Positions 1-11,600 of a DNA stretch of 64,000 bases are shown here, piece after piece (within the stretch, counting starts at the first letter, position 1; the number at the start of each line of letters is the position of its first letter). This stretch comes from Phoronis australis (lineage: Eukaryota > Animalia > Phoronida), in the NCBI GenBank assembly GCA_002633005.1, contig NMRA01000325.1, forward strand, positions 227,290-291,289. Direction: 5' to 3'. A program made the position numbers and the translations under genes. The notes beneath the pieces are model-generated. The model was not told the origin of the DNA. It ran no database searches and worked only from the letters and a program-made list of their open reading frames with translations.

Positions 1-1224
1 AACCAAGACACTGAAAAAAACTGAAGTGACTACAGTCAGTGAATTTGTCAAAAATGCTCAATAAAGTAGGTGACCAGACCTGTCATCAAACTTGCACTTC
101 GAACAGATCCTCGTTCAGTTCCCAAAATTGGTAACTGGCCATTTTTACACTGCGCACGCCACGGGATATGTCATACCATTTTAAAAAAATTTGATAACGG
201 GAGTATTTGTTCGAGTTGCAAGGAATTAAAGACATCGACGGCCTCCTAAGGTGTCCCTCTATACACATTTATAACGCGACTTTGATGCCTTAGTCAGTGT
301 GAGGCATAATTTGATGAAAAGCCTCCGGCGTACAAAGATCCTATAGGAGCTACACCAGCTAAAGATGGGTCTATGTCAATTGAAGTCATTGACAGTGAGA
401 AATGCCATTCCAAAGTTCCAAACTAGAGATTGCAAGACTGGGTTATTGTTTACAATCCGACTTTATCAACGTACATACTTGACACCACTATTTTCTTAAT
501 CTTCTAGTCACGGTGATTCCAATAATGTATTACTTATACCGATTGGTCGCTTCTTAATAAATTTTGAGTTTTTTGAAAGCATTCATTTGCAATGCGCATT
601 TAGTGAAGGAGCCATTTTTTTAATGTGACACCTTTCAGCAAGATTGATCATTAATGGTTAACTTAGAGTGAAGTTGGTTCGATGCAGAATCGGTTTCTGT
701 GTTCACACATTTTAGCCTGCCAGTGATATTAGTTATGTTATTACCTAATTCCACTTGTTTGAAACAGTTTTTTCTCTGAGATGACACATGTCCACCATAA
801 CACGAGCCGAAATCATGTCCCTGAGATGTCAAGTGTTTTCGAGGACGATATTTGTGCGTGAGAACATGCATACTCTTGTGTTTTCTAAAGAAGTTTTGAA
901 AAGGCAATCCGGCTAAGTTATAAATGACTAGTATTACTGTTTTTTTTTTACTTTTCGTAATGTGCCACGCGGTATCTTCAATATACTAGCCAATTTTTGA
1001 GGTCTTCTGACACACTCGTGATCATTGTAGTTATCATTCCTACCGAGAGGTGTCGCAGTTTTATAATTGCAGTTACTTGAGACCGGCTGCCGCAAATCAC
1101 AGGCGTCCTCAGCTTCTGATCGTCCACAATACACTATGTAATACTACAAGGTATCACACTCCCAACAAGAAATGCCACGGGTGCTTCACTTCAGCCGTCC
1201 ATAGCAAACACAAAACAGAGGTTC

Positions 1225-1669
1225 AACAAACCACGAGGAATTGTTCTTTCTCCCAATACCATTTGCGGTGTTCTGTTTCACCCAGTTCGCAAGAAATTCG
1301 TGGTCAAAGCACAAAAATCTTCCCAAAAAGCCGTCCGGAGAAACTCCTCTGTAAATCGAAGATCAAAGACGATACGAAATTATCCGATGAGTTTCTGATG
1401 AACGGCAATTGCCGACTGTCACGATTGCGTAACTTTCCCTGACAAATCGGTAAATGCCGTTCATCCGTAAGTCATCGGATAATTCTGTAATAATCGTCCT
1501 TGGCCTTTGTCGCCCTTTGGCTTTGATTTACAAAGGAGTTTTTCTGGACGGGCTTTTTGGGAAGATTTTTGTGCTTTGACCGCAAATTTCTTGCGAACTG
1601 GGTGAAACAGGACACCGTAAATGGTATTACTATTGGGAGAAAGAACAATTCCTCATGCCATGGTTTGTT
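1225..1669. repeat. Long imperfect fold-back palindrome (about 200-bp arms), probably a MITE, in EBPL intron 1
   Basis: 1225-1420 (aacaaaccacgaggaattgttctttctcccaata...tttcacccagttcgcaagaaatt...caaagcacaaaaatcttcccaaaaagcc) is the reverse complement of about 1440-1669, with scattered transitions and small indels. Confidence 0.85.
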
Positions 1670-1901
1670 CCACGACAACAGTTGGCCATGTTGACAAGTA
1701 TTGAGTGTTCTTGAACTTGAACAGCACCCAGACCCAGCTATCGTCTCTCGATATCGACAGAGGTCGCGTGCGGCAGATGGCCAGTGTAGCAGTGAGAGTG
1801 AGACAGGTCAAATAACATCTCACTAGTACACTACTCACTAGTGTCAGTAGTGACTAGGACTGTAGGACACACTACACTAACGTAACGATTGTCTGACTCA
1901 C

Positions 1902-2090
1902 CAACAACAAATGAGTAGTGCCATTGTAGATCAGCCACATCACCAGAAACCGGTCAGTTTTCGCCAACTGTTTTCTGGCGAGGAATGCTCCCACAAAAAC
2001 ACTTAAGAGTATTTGCAGAAAAGGCAAAGACAAAGCAAGTAGCGAATCCATGTTCATGTTCCCAACCATAGATTTATTTTCGCCCGCCAT
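1902..2090 (-). CDS. EBPL: Emopamil-binding protein-like (EXPERA family), coding exon 1; the rest of the gene lies left of the window
   Basis: MAGENK...DRFLVMWLIYNGTTHLLL resembles vertebrate EBPL DRxALIWLCYDALVHFAL. A hydrophobic TM segment precedes it. Phase-0 donor TTG|GTGAGT at 1901. Start context AAAATGGC. Confidence 0.8.
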
Positions 2091-2610
2091 TTTTCGTAAC
2101 GTTTAAAGCTGGCTATATGCTATAAAACAGTCTCGTATTTATGTTCTATTTAAGAAATATTTAGATTTCATCGGACCTTGAACTTTGATGCTAATATTTG
2201 TAAAATGTAGTCATTTTTGTCATTAAAAAATGAGCTCGAGAAAATTCGAAACTCTCGAATGAAAAATCAGCTCTACAGTCGCAGAAATACAACGGTTTTT
2301 TTGATTGGTCAATCGTGAAAGCCCATTTTTCGTAGTGAAATGGATATTTATTTTTAAAAGACTCGCTGCAGTGTGTAAAACCAGTATGACGTCAGACGAC
2401 TTTTAAATATGGATATTTTGTAAAGTCGGGGAAGTTAATTTTTTCTAAATTTACTCTGAAGTAAAACAACTTCTCCAAATTACCCATAACTTATTGGCCA
2501 ATGACGTAGCACTTTGCTAAGCGATTGGGTGTGGGTGTCAGATCAAGGCCGGCATTTTGAAAAGATATTTCTGTGAAATTTGTCGCTTTGTCTTTCCAAA
2601 ATATTTCAAG
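2091..2610. promoter_or_regulatory. Putative bidirectional promoter EBPL/KPNA3-4
   Basis: 520 bp between divergent ATGs. CRE TGACGTCA at 2387-2394, palindromic CCAAT ATTGGCCAAT at 2493-2502, further ATTGG boxes near 2303 and 2524. Confidence 0.65.
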
Positions 2611-2676
2611 ATGTCGGGAGAAGGGGCACCTAAACCAAGGACACATTTATTTAAAAACCAGGGGAAGGATTCTGAC
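2611..2676 (+). CDS. KPNA3: KPNA3/4 exon 1
   Basis: [22 protein letters not shown] followed by gtaagt. Confidence 0.9.
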
Positions 2677-5600
2677 GTAAGTTCATGGTCTAAATTTTCT
2701 TGTTTTCTTTTACAGTTATGTTAAGATTTGTGTCAAATGAGTTGCGCAGTTCGTCCGCGTGATCATCATTGGCGTGGATCACTGTCAAAAAGTGACAATG
2801 GAAATATTCATTTTGAGAACATTTTAGTCCACTATAGTTCTGAAGTAAAACGAAGCTATTTTAATGTTAATTTCCAAACTTAATATTGAAAAAAACACTG
2901 CTTGCTGGGGGGATGCTGTGCATGAACTTGGAATCCTGCTTAATTTCAAGATTGCGTCAAGGAGTGTAGTAGTATAGGAGAGTTCACTTGTGGGTTCGCT
3001 GTTACCGCTACTACTAGCGCCGCCAAGTGGTGANAAAGTCCATTCAAAAGACTTGCAGCATGCGCAACTAAATTTGATCCCTTTCATCATGGACTACTTC
3101 AAACCTTGACTATGTATCCCAGGACCCATTTGCATCTCTTGCAATTTTCGAAATAAACGTCCCAATGACTGAACGCTTGAAACCCGAAGTACTAACATCA
3201 AATAAATGCCCATGGGCATGAGCGTTTCGTCGGGTGGGCCTTTCTGCGTAAATTCCCAGTATAGAAAACGGCAGTGGTGCTTATTGCATGTAGAAAGACG
3301 GTAAGTGTTGAGGTCGGCACTAAGGCTCCTTAGGAGGCCTATTTAACATCGCACGAGTCCCGCAAGACTTTGTTGTGAAAATACAGCCTCCCGCAATTTC
3401 TGGTAGGCTTGCTGTACACAGTTCGCGAATGCGGTCACTTTATCAATGTGAGTGCCCCCTTGGTAACTTGTTAGAGTGCATCTGCAAACAGACTCACAAC
3501 CAGACCACGGCGCCCGCCACAAAGCAATTCTTCGGAAAACGAATTTTTTTCAAAAGTATTACATGTACATGTACACTGTATGATATTGCGCAAGACAACT
3601 TTTATATACACCAGTCAAATTCGAGTTACAAACTTGTGGGGTGTAACAGGATGACATGGCATGACAGATGAAATAAAAACGTTGCACGTCAATTCGCATG
3701 AATATCAGGGTTGCGGCAACACAGGTTACCTAAAAGAAATTCAGCTACAGAGCTGCTCTTTCAGCGGTGGCTCCAGGGTTTTGCCGATTAGCCACGAAGA
3801 CTCGGAATGTGTTGATTTTCGTAACAGCAACTCACAATGCAAAAAATATATTTTCAGAGTGAACCCCCCCTCATTTTTTTCCAAGTTGGTTTACTTGGGT
3901 TTTACACACGCTGGCGGTGCCGTCAAAAAGTTTTTGTTTTGGTGGAGACGTTTTTGTTTTGTTTTTAATTTTTGGGTCCTGGCCCGAGGGGGGTTTAAAC
4001 TCCCTGAACCCTCCACCGTAGATCCGCCACTGATATTATCTCAGATGAAGGTATTTAATTGTTTTATTGTGGAGGTAATCTCGAAATTATTTTTGACAGT
4101 CAGTGTTTGTTTCTCCTCGAGTAGGCCGGTTATGGTTCATGCTCACTGGTCTAGTCCATTGTTCGCACTAGATGACCCATAGCTGCAGCTACAAAACAGA
4201 GTAATAACTCAAGATTTAGACTAAAACGTAGAAATTTTGAGTTGAGATGACAACTTTCACATATACACTTATCATACACGCTGAAGTCATCAAGAGGGAT
4301 TACTGCAGGATTTCTAATACGAATCTTTAAGAACTAAAAACTAAAGGCAACACTACTAATAGAATATCATTCATAACTATGTTCAATCCATGTTTAAACG
4401 GAATTATCCACTTCTTCAGAAAACATCTTCCCACGCTGCATATTTCCCCTCAAATGAAAAACCTATTTCCTCATCCACCTATAATTTCTTGGAGAAAATG
4501 TAAAAATCTAAAATATTATTTAGTTAAAGCTAATATCGACAATATACACCAAACTGACAAACCTATTGACAATACACAATGTAACAAAACTAGGTGTAAA
4601 ATGTGTAACTTTATCAACGATAGCACTTTTTTCCAGTCTTCTCAAACCAATGAAAACTTTGAAATAAAACATTATTCTGATTGCACCACCAACGATATTA
4701 TTTACCTTATAACTTGTAAAAAATGTTCTATCCAATGCGTAGGACAAACTCAACATAATCTACAAACTCGGTTTCGTAATCATAGATTTAACATAATACA
4801 TAAAAGTATTTCTGATACTGTAGGTAATCATTTCAATTCCAAAAACCATAATATTCGCGATATTTCTGTACAAATAATAGAAAAACTCTAACACCCCAGT
4901 ACCCCTCACAGACTCAAAAGAGAATAATATTGGATAGGCAAGCTCAGTACACTAGAACCTCATGGATTAAACATAAAAACTTCTTAAATTATACCATTGA
5001 ATTTTTTACGCAAAAATGCATCATATTCATNTACGCCACATCTTAAATGACAATTGCCATATAGTGTTTGATTTTACTTTATTTCTGTTTCTGTTGACGA
5101 AGGATGTTATTGTATCCGAAAATTTCAGTTGATCCATTCTTGTTGTTTTATTTACTTATATATATTCTACATTTCGTAAAACAATAGTATTCTTGAGAGG
5201 ATCTGGATCGCATTATTTAGTTTCAGATTTATTTTCTACATTATTAATCTGTAATAATTTTGAATTTGATAGTGGCTGTTGGTGATGCAAAGTTCTATAT
5301 AAGGATTAAGAACAACATCAGAACTTTTTGTAAGAACTTTCATATTGAAATTTAAATTTGTTCATCCATCATGGTTTGTTACTATATGCCTATTCGGGTG
5401 CTCAACACTTATTTCTAGGCAATTTTTGAGGAGCTTGTTTCGGTTTTAGGTACACAGTGTTTTCTTCCACAAGAACATCTCGAAAAACGACCCTGTACTC
5501 CAAGAAAAGCACGCGATATTGCGGCTAGTACGGAACGGCTGAACCCGGCTGGTTCTGGGCTCAGCACGAAGCAGCAGAAATTTCTAATGTTTGGAGACTC

Positions 5601-8600
5601 AAAAGTGTACTTCCGTTCTGCCATCTTTGCCAAGTCACTTGCCGAGTGCTAATATGTTTTAAGCTGTAATCAGAGTATATGTTTGTTGATCATAACCATA
5701 CGGTGTCAGGATGACGCTTGATGTGACGAAGATGCCACTTCCAAGTGGCCCTTCAACACTTTGCTTCAGTAAAGACAGCTTTATGAAGGTAAACTGTTGT
5801 TTTTTCCGTTCAGGACACTGGGCGGGACAACATTGAAATAGACAGTAATCACCGTCGCTAGTGACAGTGTAGCTCCTGTGCGAATTTTGAAACGAATTTA
5901 GAGGCAGTTGTTGACTTTGATACTCGCACTGGCTATTACGTGACGACTTGAAATTTTCGCAGGTTGTCAAACACAATCTGAGGCTGCATTGGCAGCCTGC
6001 AGGTCCCCAAATCGAGCAGCCACTGGGAAAAATCTTAATTGCCGAAGAATTTGTTGGAGTTGAAAGGATTTAAAAACATCGACTGCCTCCAGAGGTGTCG
6101 TTCTATGCTCAAGTACTGATAAAAATGTGATGGTTTAGTCAATGTGGAGGCATAATTTGTCATAAAACTTGGGGATCTGTGCCTATGGGGTGACTACCAT
6201 CTGAGCCAGCTTCGCTGTTCAGTGACAATGTCCGATGTTAAGGTAGTGCATAGGTGGTGGCAAATCCTAATACACAAGGTTTTGAGCATACTTAGGGCAT
6301 GGTGGAGAATGACATTGAGTAAACAAGACAAGTTTCCGTTGTACTCTGTGGAGACCCATCCATAAAAATGTTGTAGATGTGCTTCCGGTGAATTATATAT
6401 GAGCCTCTGTTAGCTACTCGCTAATGGGCAATTGCCTATTAGCTGAATGGTTAGCACGCTTGCCGCCGGTTTTATGGGGGTCGCGGGTTCGATCCCCGGG
6501 TCGGGTAATCTCGGCTATTACTACAAAATGAATATTCTCTTAATATAGTGAGTACTCTGGAGTTCCGAATAGTAGTAGAGACAGTAATAATAGTATAGAC
6601 TGGAAAATTTCACGATTTTTAATAATAGTAGAGACTCTAATAATAGTATAGACCCAACATTTTTGCCACTAGAAAAGTAAAATAATAGTATAGACCGGAA
6701 ATTGTCGAAAAAAAATTAATAATAGTATAGAATGGAATAATGGTATAGACGGCAAATNCACCCCATACTCTGGAGTTCCGAATAGTAGTAGAGACAGCAA
6801 TAATAGTATAGACTGGAAAATTTCACGATTTTTAATAATAGTAGAGACTCTAATAATAGTATAGACCCAACATTTTTGCCACTAGAAAAGTAGAATAGTA
6901 TAGACCGGAAATTGTCGAAAAAATTTAATAATAGTATAGAATGGAATAATGGTATAGACGGCAAATTTGTGGAAATTTAAACAAAGTATAGACTGGAATA
7001 ATATTGGTTACAAATTTAGGTAAAATCTAATAATGATATAGAAGAGAATAATAATGCAAAACAGCAAATTCTTAGGAATAATGGTATAGACGGGAAATTT
7101 GTGGAAAATTAAAAATAATATAGACTGGAATAATAACATTGATTGCAAATTTGCGTAAAATGTAGTAACGGTAGATGGAAATTATAGGAAGTGCAAAATC
7201 TAATAATGATGTAGATGGGATTGGAATAATAATGCAAAGAAGCATATTCTGTCTGACTTACCACCGCTATAAGTAATTGTTTCAAAAAAAAACTTTTAAA
7301 TTGAAAACTAGCATAGTTAAATTATTGCAGTGGTGTATCCACACATGCCATAACATATTACAGTGAAGTGGAATAAAGTGTCATTGCTAAAACGAAGACC
7401 ATTCGTTTATTCAATAACTTTAAATGGAAGTCTATATAGATGTGTTTCAAACAGTATGCATTATCATTTTACTCAAAAAAGAATGTGACATTCATACTAG
7501 GGATGCCAATGAAGTCCAAAAATTATAACAAGGAGGTAAAGATTTCAGCAGCAACGTCTAGTCTTCCACGAAGCCGACAGTCTGAATNTGTTTCAAAGAA
7601 AAACTTTTAAATTGAAAACTAGCATAGTTAAATTATTGCAGTGGTGTATCCACACATGCCATAATATAGTACAGTGAAGTGCAATAAAGTGTCATTGCTA
7701 AAACAAAGACCATTCGTTTATTCAATAACTTTAAATGGAAGTCTATATAGATGTGTTTCAAACAGTATGCATTATCATTTTACTTAAAAAAGAATGTGAC
7801 ATTCATACTAGGAGGCCAATGTCGACTAAGTCCAAAATTTATAACAAGGAGGTAAAGATTTCAGCAGCAACGTCAAGTCTTCCACGAAGCTGACAGTATG
7901 AATAAGGACAATAAAGTGTGTTGGTAAAACGACTCGCATTTTTATCATACATATTCCTGACAGTCGAGCCTTTGTTTCTCTCAATATCCTTGCACAACGT
8001 TCATAGTCAATACCCTCGGAATGTTAGTCAGAATTCGACGTCAAAAAGTCTGTACATCCAAAATTTTACACGACCAGAAATTGAGATTTCTTGCAGAATT
8101 GCAAAACATTCGAGTCCACGACCACAACTACGTCCACCATCTTGAATGTCTAATTAGGTATAATAAACAAACCGATTCACGTGCGCTTTTCCATTTATTT
8201 GGACGGGAGAGCAAGTAGAAATGAATTTCAATAGATATCGACTGGATTGTCGACCGTTAGCAACTATGTCATTTTCAAGATTGTCGCAGGTCCATTCTTC
8301 CATAAAAACAATCTATTCTCAAGTTTGGAGCGAATTGTAAAAATGCTGATGTCCGATGTTGTCGGCAACTTGTTGGTACTTATAGTCTTTGACTTGTTGA
8401 TTCTAGGTACCTGGCTCCTAGATTGATTGAAAGGTTCGGCACTGTTCATTAACTGCACGGGTATTTGCGCTTCGTCGACTTGCCTTTGATTCTAGGAACC
8501 TGGTTCCTAGATTGATTGAAAGGTTCGGCACTGTTCATTAACTGCACGGGTATTTGCGCTTAGTCGACTTGCCGCGTTATCACCACAGTCCGTATCTATA

Positions 8601-11600
8601 GCTGGATTATTTGTCGTACCAGCATCTGAATCAATGTCTGTCTCTGGAACATCTCTCGGTTTGTAAAATAATCCTCGAATTCTTTAGGTCTTTGCGCAGC
8701 AGACGACATGATTAAGTATGTAGAATGCGCATGTCAATAATGACGAAAACCGCAGGTGACACTGGCTGTGCAAAATCCCGGAATTACTCCCCTGGAAACC
8801 CAAACTTCGGGGACAGACACAGTGAAGACTTGGTACGGCTTGCCAGTTTTTCACAGGGTGCAATCATAAATATTGGATCACCCAAAGAAAATCGTCGAAA
8901 GCGTTTTTATTCATATGTACGTTGAGTTGCCGGTAACACCGGTTTGTGTCACGGGGCGCGCGGAATATTGAAAAATGCATTTTTTGTGCATTAAATTCAT
9001 CGTTTCTGAAATTACTGATGGCCTATTTCTTTGAGCAGTCAGCCGTTAATATTAAGAGAAGTCGTAATCATTTCATGCTTTTTAAATTTTGCCAACACTT
9101 TCTTAATTCTGACCGATCCCGTCGAACCCATCCAAAATAACATTCTGGCCGTCCAACAGAAAGCCGTTGCGTAAACCGTTGCTTGGGAGTCCGATTATTT
9201 TACGCTTTGAAACGTACAGTTGTATATTTTGGCGAATAAAATCTTTTAATGTGTATGACATGTGACTTTCGTGTGTAACGCGCAGTCGTATATAGCTCTT
9301 CTAAATTACGATATCAGAACCTAGTGTCTCGTGGTCTAGAGGTTTAGAGCGAAGATACCACATTTTACGGCCAAGGTACGATACCCGGTGTCTATAGCTA
9401 AGTTTTGGAGTAACAAATTTGTAATGAATAAAACAAAAATTGAGAACTTGCTGAAACAAATAATCGTGGAGAGTGGAAAAAAGTTAGAAAATAAATAAAC
9501 GTAGAGACCCGAATAAGCATGGTATAGACCGGAAAACGAGTCTGAAAAAAATAATCGTATATATACGACTATTCGGAACTCGAGAGTATGCCTGAACTTG
9601 GGGCACTAGTTGGATATAGCGGTCCCTGATTTAGAGAACCAGTTTCATCCACTAAATAACGGGCCCTTTATTCAATGATTGTCTGGTTCTCTAAATCAAA
9701 GACCGGCGTTATATCCGACTTGTGCCTGAACTTGGTCCTAGCCCTTGGAAGGCTTGGAATTGAATATTCATTACAGCATTCAAAGACAAAGCAGGGACTC
9801 ATCTAGCGGCCGTCCTTGGGAAGGCCCTTTTAAAAAAATGACTGCTTTGGACAGCACGGCCAAGACGGAAAAAAGACGGCCTGTTCCAAGACAACCTCGG
9901 TTAAAATGAAGGCTAAACGAAGAATTTTAACATTCCTTATTAATCAATTTTATTGAAACCTACAATTCATTGTTTAAGTTCGCTAAATATTAAGAAATAA
10001 CTCAACATTAAAAACTTTTGCCATCTATTTTTACTATAAATGTTACAATGACGATCGGCAAATACTGGCAGCCATCTTTGGGGAATACCTTCCTGTTCTG
10101 TGATGTCAAAGTGACTTCATATGGAATCCCCCGCACGACTAGTGTCGAAAAATATTGCATCCAGCGCTAACTACAGGGCTTGGAATTTTCCGCGGAAACG
10201 CGGATTTCCGCTTTTTTCAAATGTGCTTTCCGCTTTTTTTATAATATTTCCGCGTAAAAAAAATCAGATTTGATATAAAATTTCCGCGGCAAATTCCTTT
10301 CTTACCGCGGCGTTGCAGATGACGTTCACCTCGAAAAGCGGAAGTTGCTCTTTATGTTCGGAGGAACGTAAATTGTCAACATTGCCGGGGCATCTGGGAT
10401 AGCGTGGTGTGATTTTCAATGGCGTCTCGTGTTATTGTTAAGCGCGTTGACAAATACTACCGCTCTGCAGCCAAAAATGTGTGGGTTGGGAGTAGACGGG
10501 CGAGCTAAAAGGACGCAGACGCATGCTACTGATGGTGGTAACGTTTTTTTTTTAGTCCACCCGATTTTTGTCGGGGAAAGGTTCACATTGACCAGTTCTA
10601 GGCTGGTTATCGGGCGATGATTTGGGCCGTAAAAGTTTCAAAGTTTCCGCGTTTTTTGTTATTGGTCATTCCAAGCCCTGTAACTACCCGTACATGGACA
10701 CTTAATCTTTGAAATTGAAGAACCCGCACCCGAAGTTCAAAAGATTTGCCGAAACCCCAATGCTAGTTGCCGACGCGGAAGTTAAAGCGGCACTCGATGT
10801 ATTCGACGGAACAGGCAATTTGAAATAGCTGAGAACGTACACTTCGAAAAAAAATGATACCCGCCAAAATTCTAGCGCTGACCTGCCGTACAAATGCCAG
10901 TCAATGTCGTTGAACATGCAAACCAGATAAAACTTAGCGCAAACTTCCTTAATTTGTTTGCATAGTTCCGTTGCAACTCGAACGAAAGAATGAAAAAATA
11001 TCCAAAACATCCGCACGGCCGAACGACTTATATTGATGCGCGAGAATTCAGTGCAAAATTTACGAGAAAAAATGTGGTGTGTAATGTTGGTTACGTATTC
11101 AGTGACTAACTTAGCATGAAAGTAAATGCCTCGAAATAGTTCAACTTTTGTGGAACTCCATTATTATTGGGCGATTCGAGTTAAACCTCTAAGTGTGGCA
11201 CTACGTGCCATATATGGAAAAAGTAGGTCAGCCAGTCATGTGCACAGCACCTGTTACTTCGGCCGTGAACCATGCCGGGGGATTTGGCTCTTAAACTTCG
11301 GGAGAAAAGAATAGTTCTTTTTAAGAATAAATTTCTTATAGCGTACTATGAAAGACTGTGATTGACTTTTGGCCTGGTAAGTTTCAATTCAACAAAGCGT
11401 CCACTTATAATGCACTGCAGAAGATGTTAACAACTACGATGTCCCCGGCGACCACGTAGCCAAACGACGTGAAATTTACGAGCGCTAGGAAAAACGTTTA
11501 AAACGTAAAAATATGAATGCCAAATTCAAACACGGAGTTTCGACGTTTTTTTTGGTCACGATCCTTTACAAAGCCAAGTCCGGGTATTCACGTGCGAGTG

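Noticed and set aside
1395-1420. Hammerhead-like CTGATGA plus stem
   Set aside because: No GAAA box after the stem, and it is part of the larger palindrome. The same applies to CTGATGA at 35031.
3661-4182. 173-aa ORF
   Set aside because: No recognisable domain. It overlaps a CAGTGGCGGATC-type MITE-like fragment (about 3762-4032) that has no clear TSD.
4245-4296. Minus-strand TTGATGA...GAAA hammerhead variant
   Set aside because: The core is mutated, there is a 5-nt extra linker and the stem is mostly G-U, so it is too weak to call
6434-6507. Functional tRNA gene
   Set aside because: A and B boxes are present but the acceptor and anticodon stems cannot form. Weaker similar relics near 9325 and 48390 were also not called.
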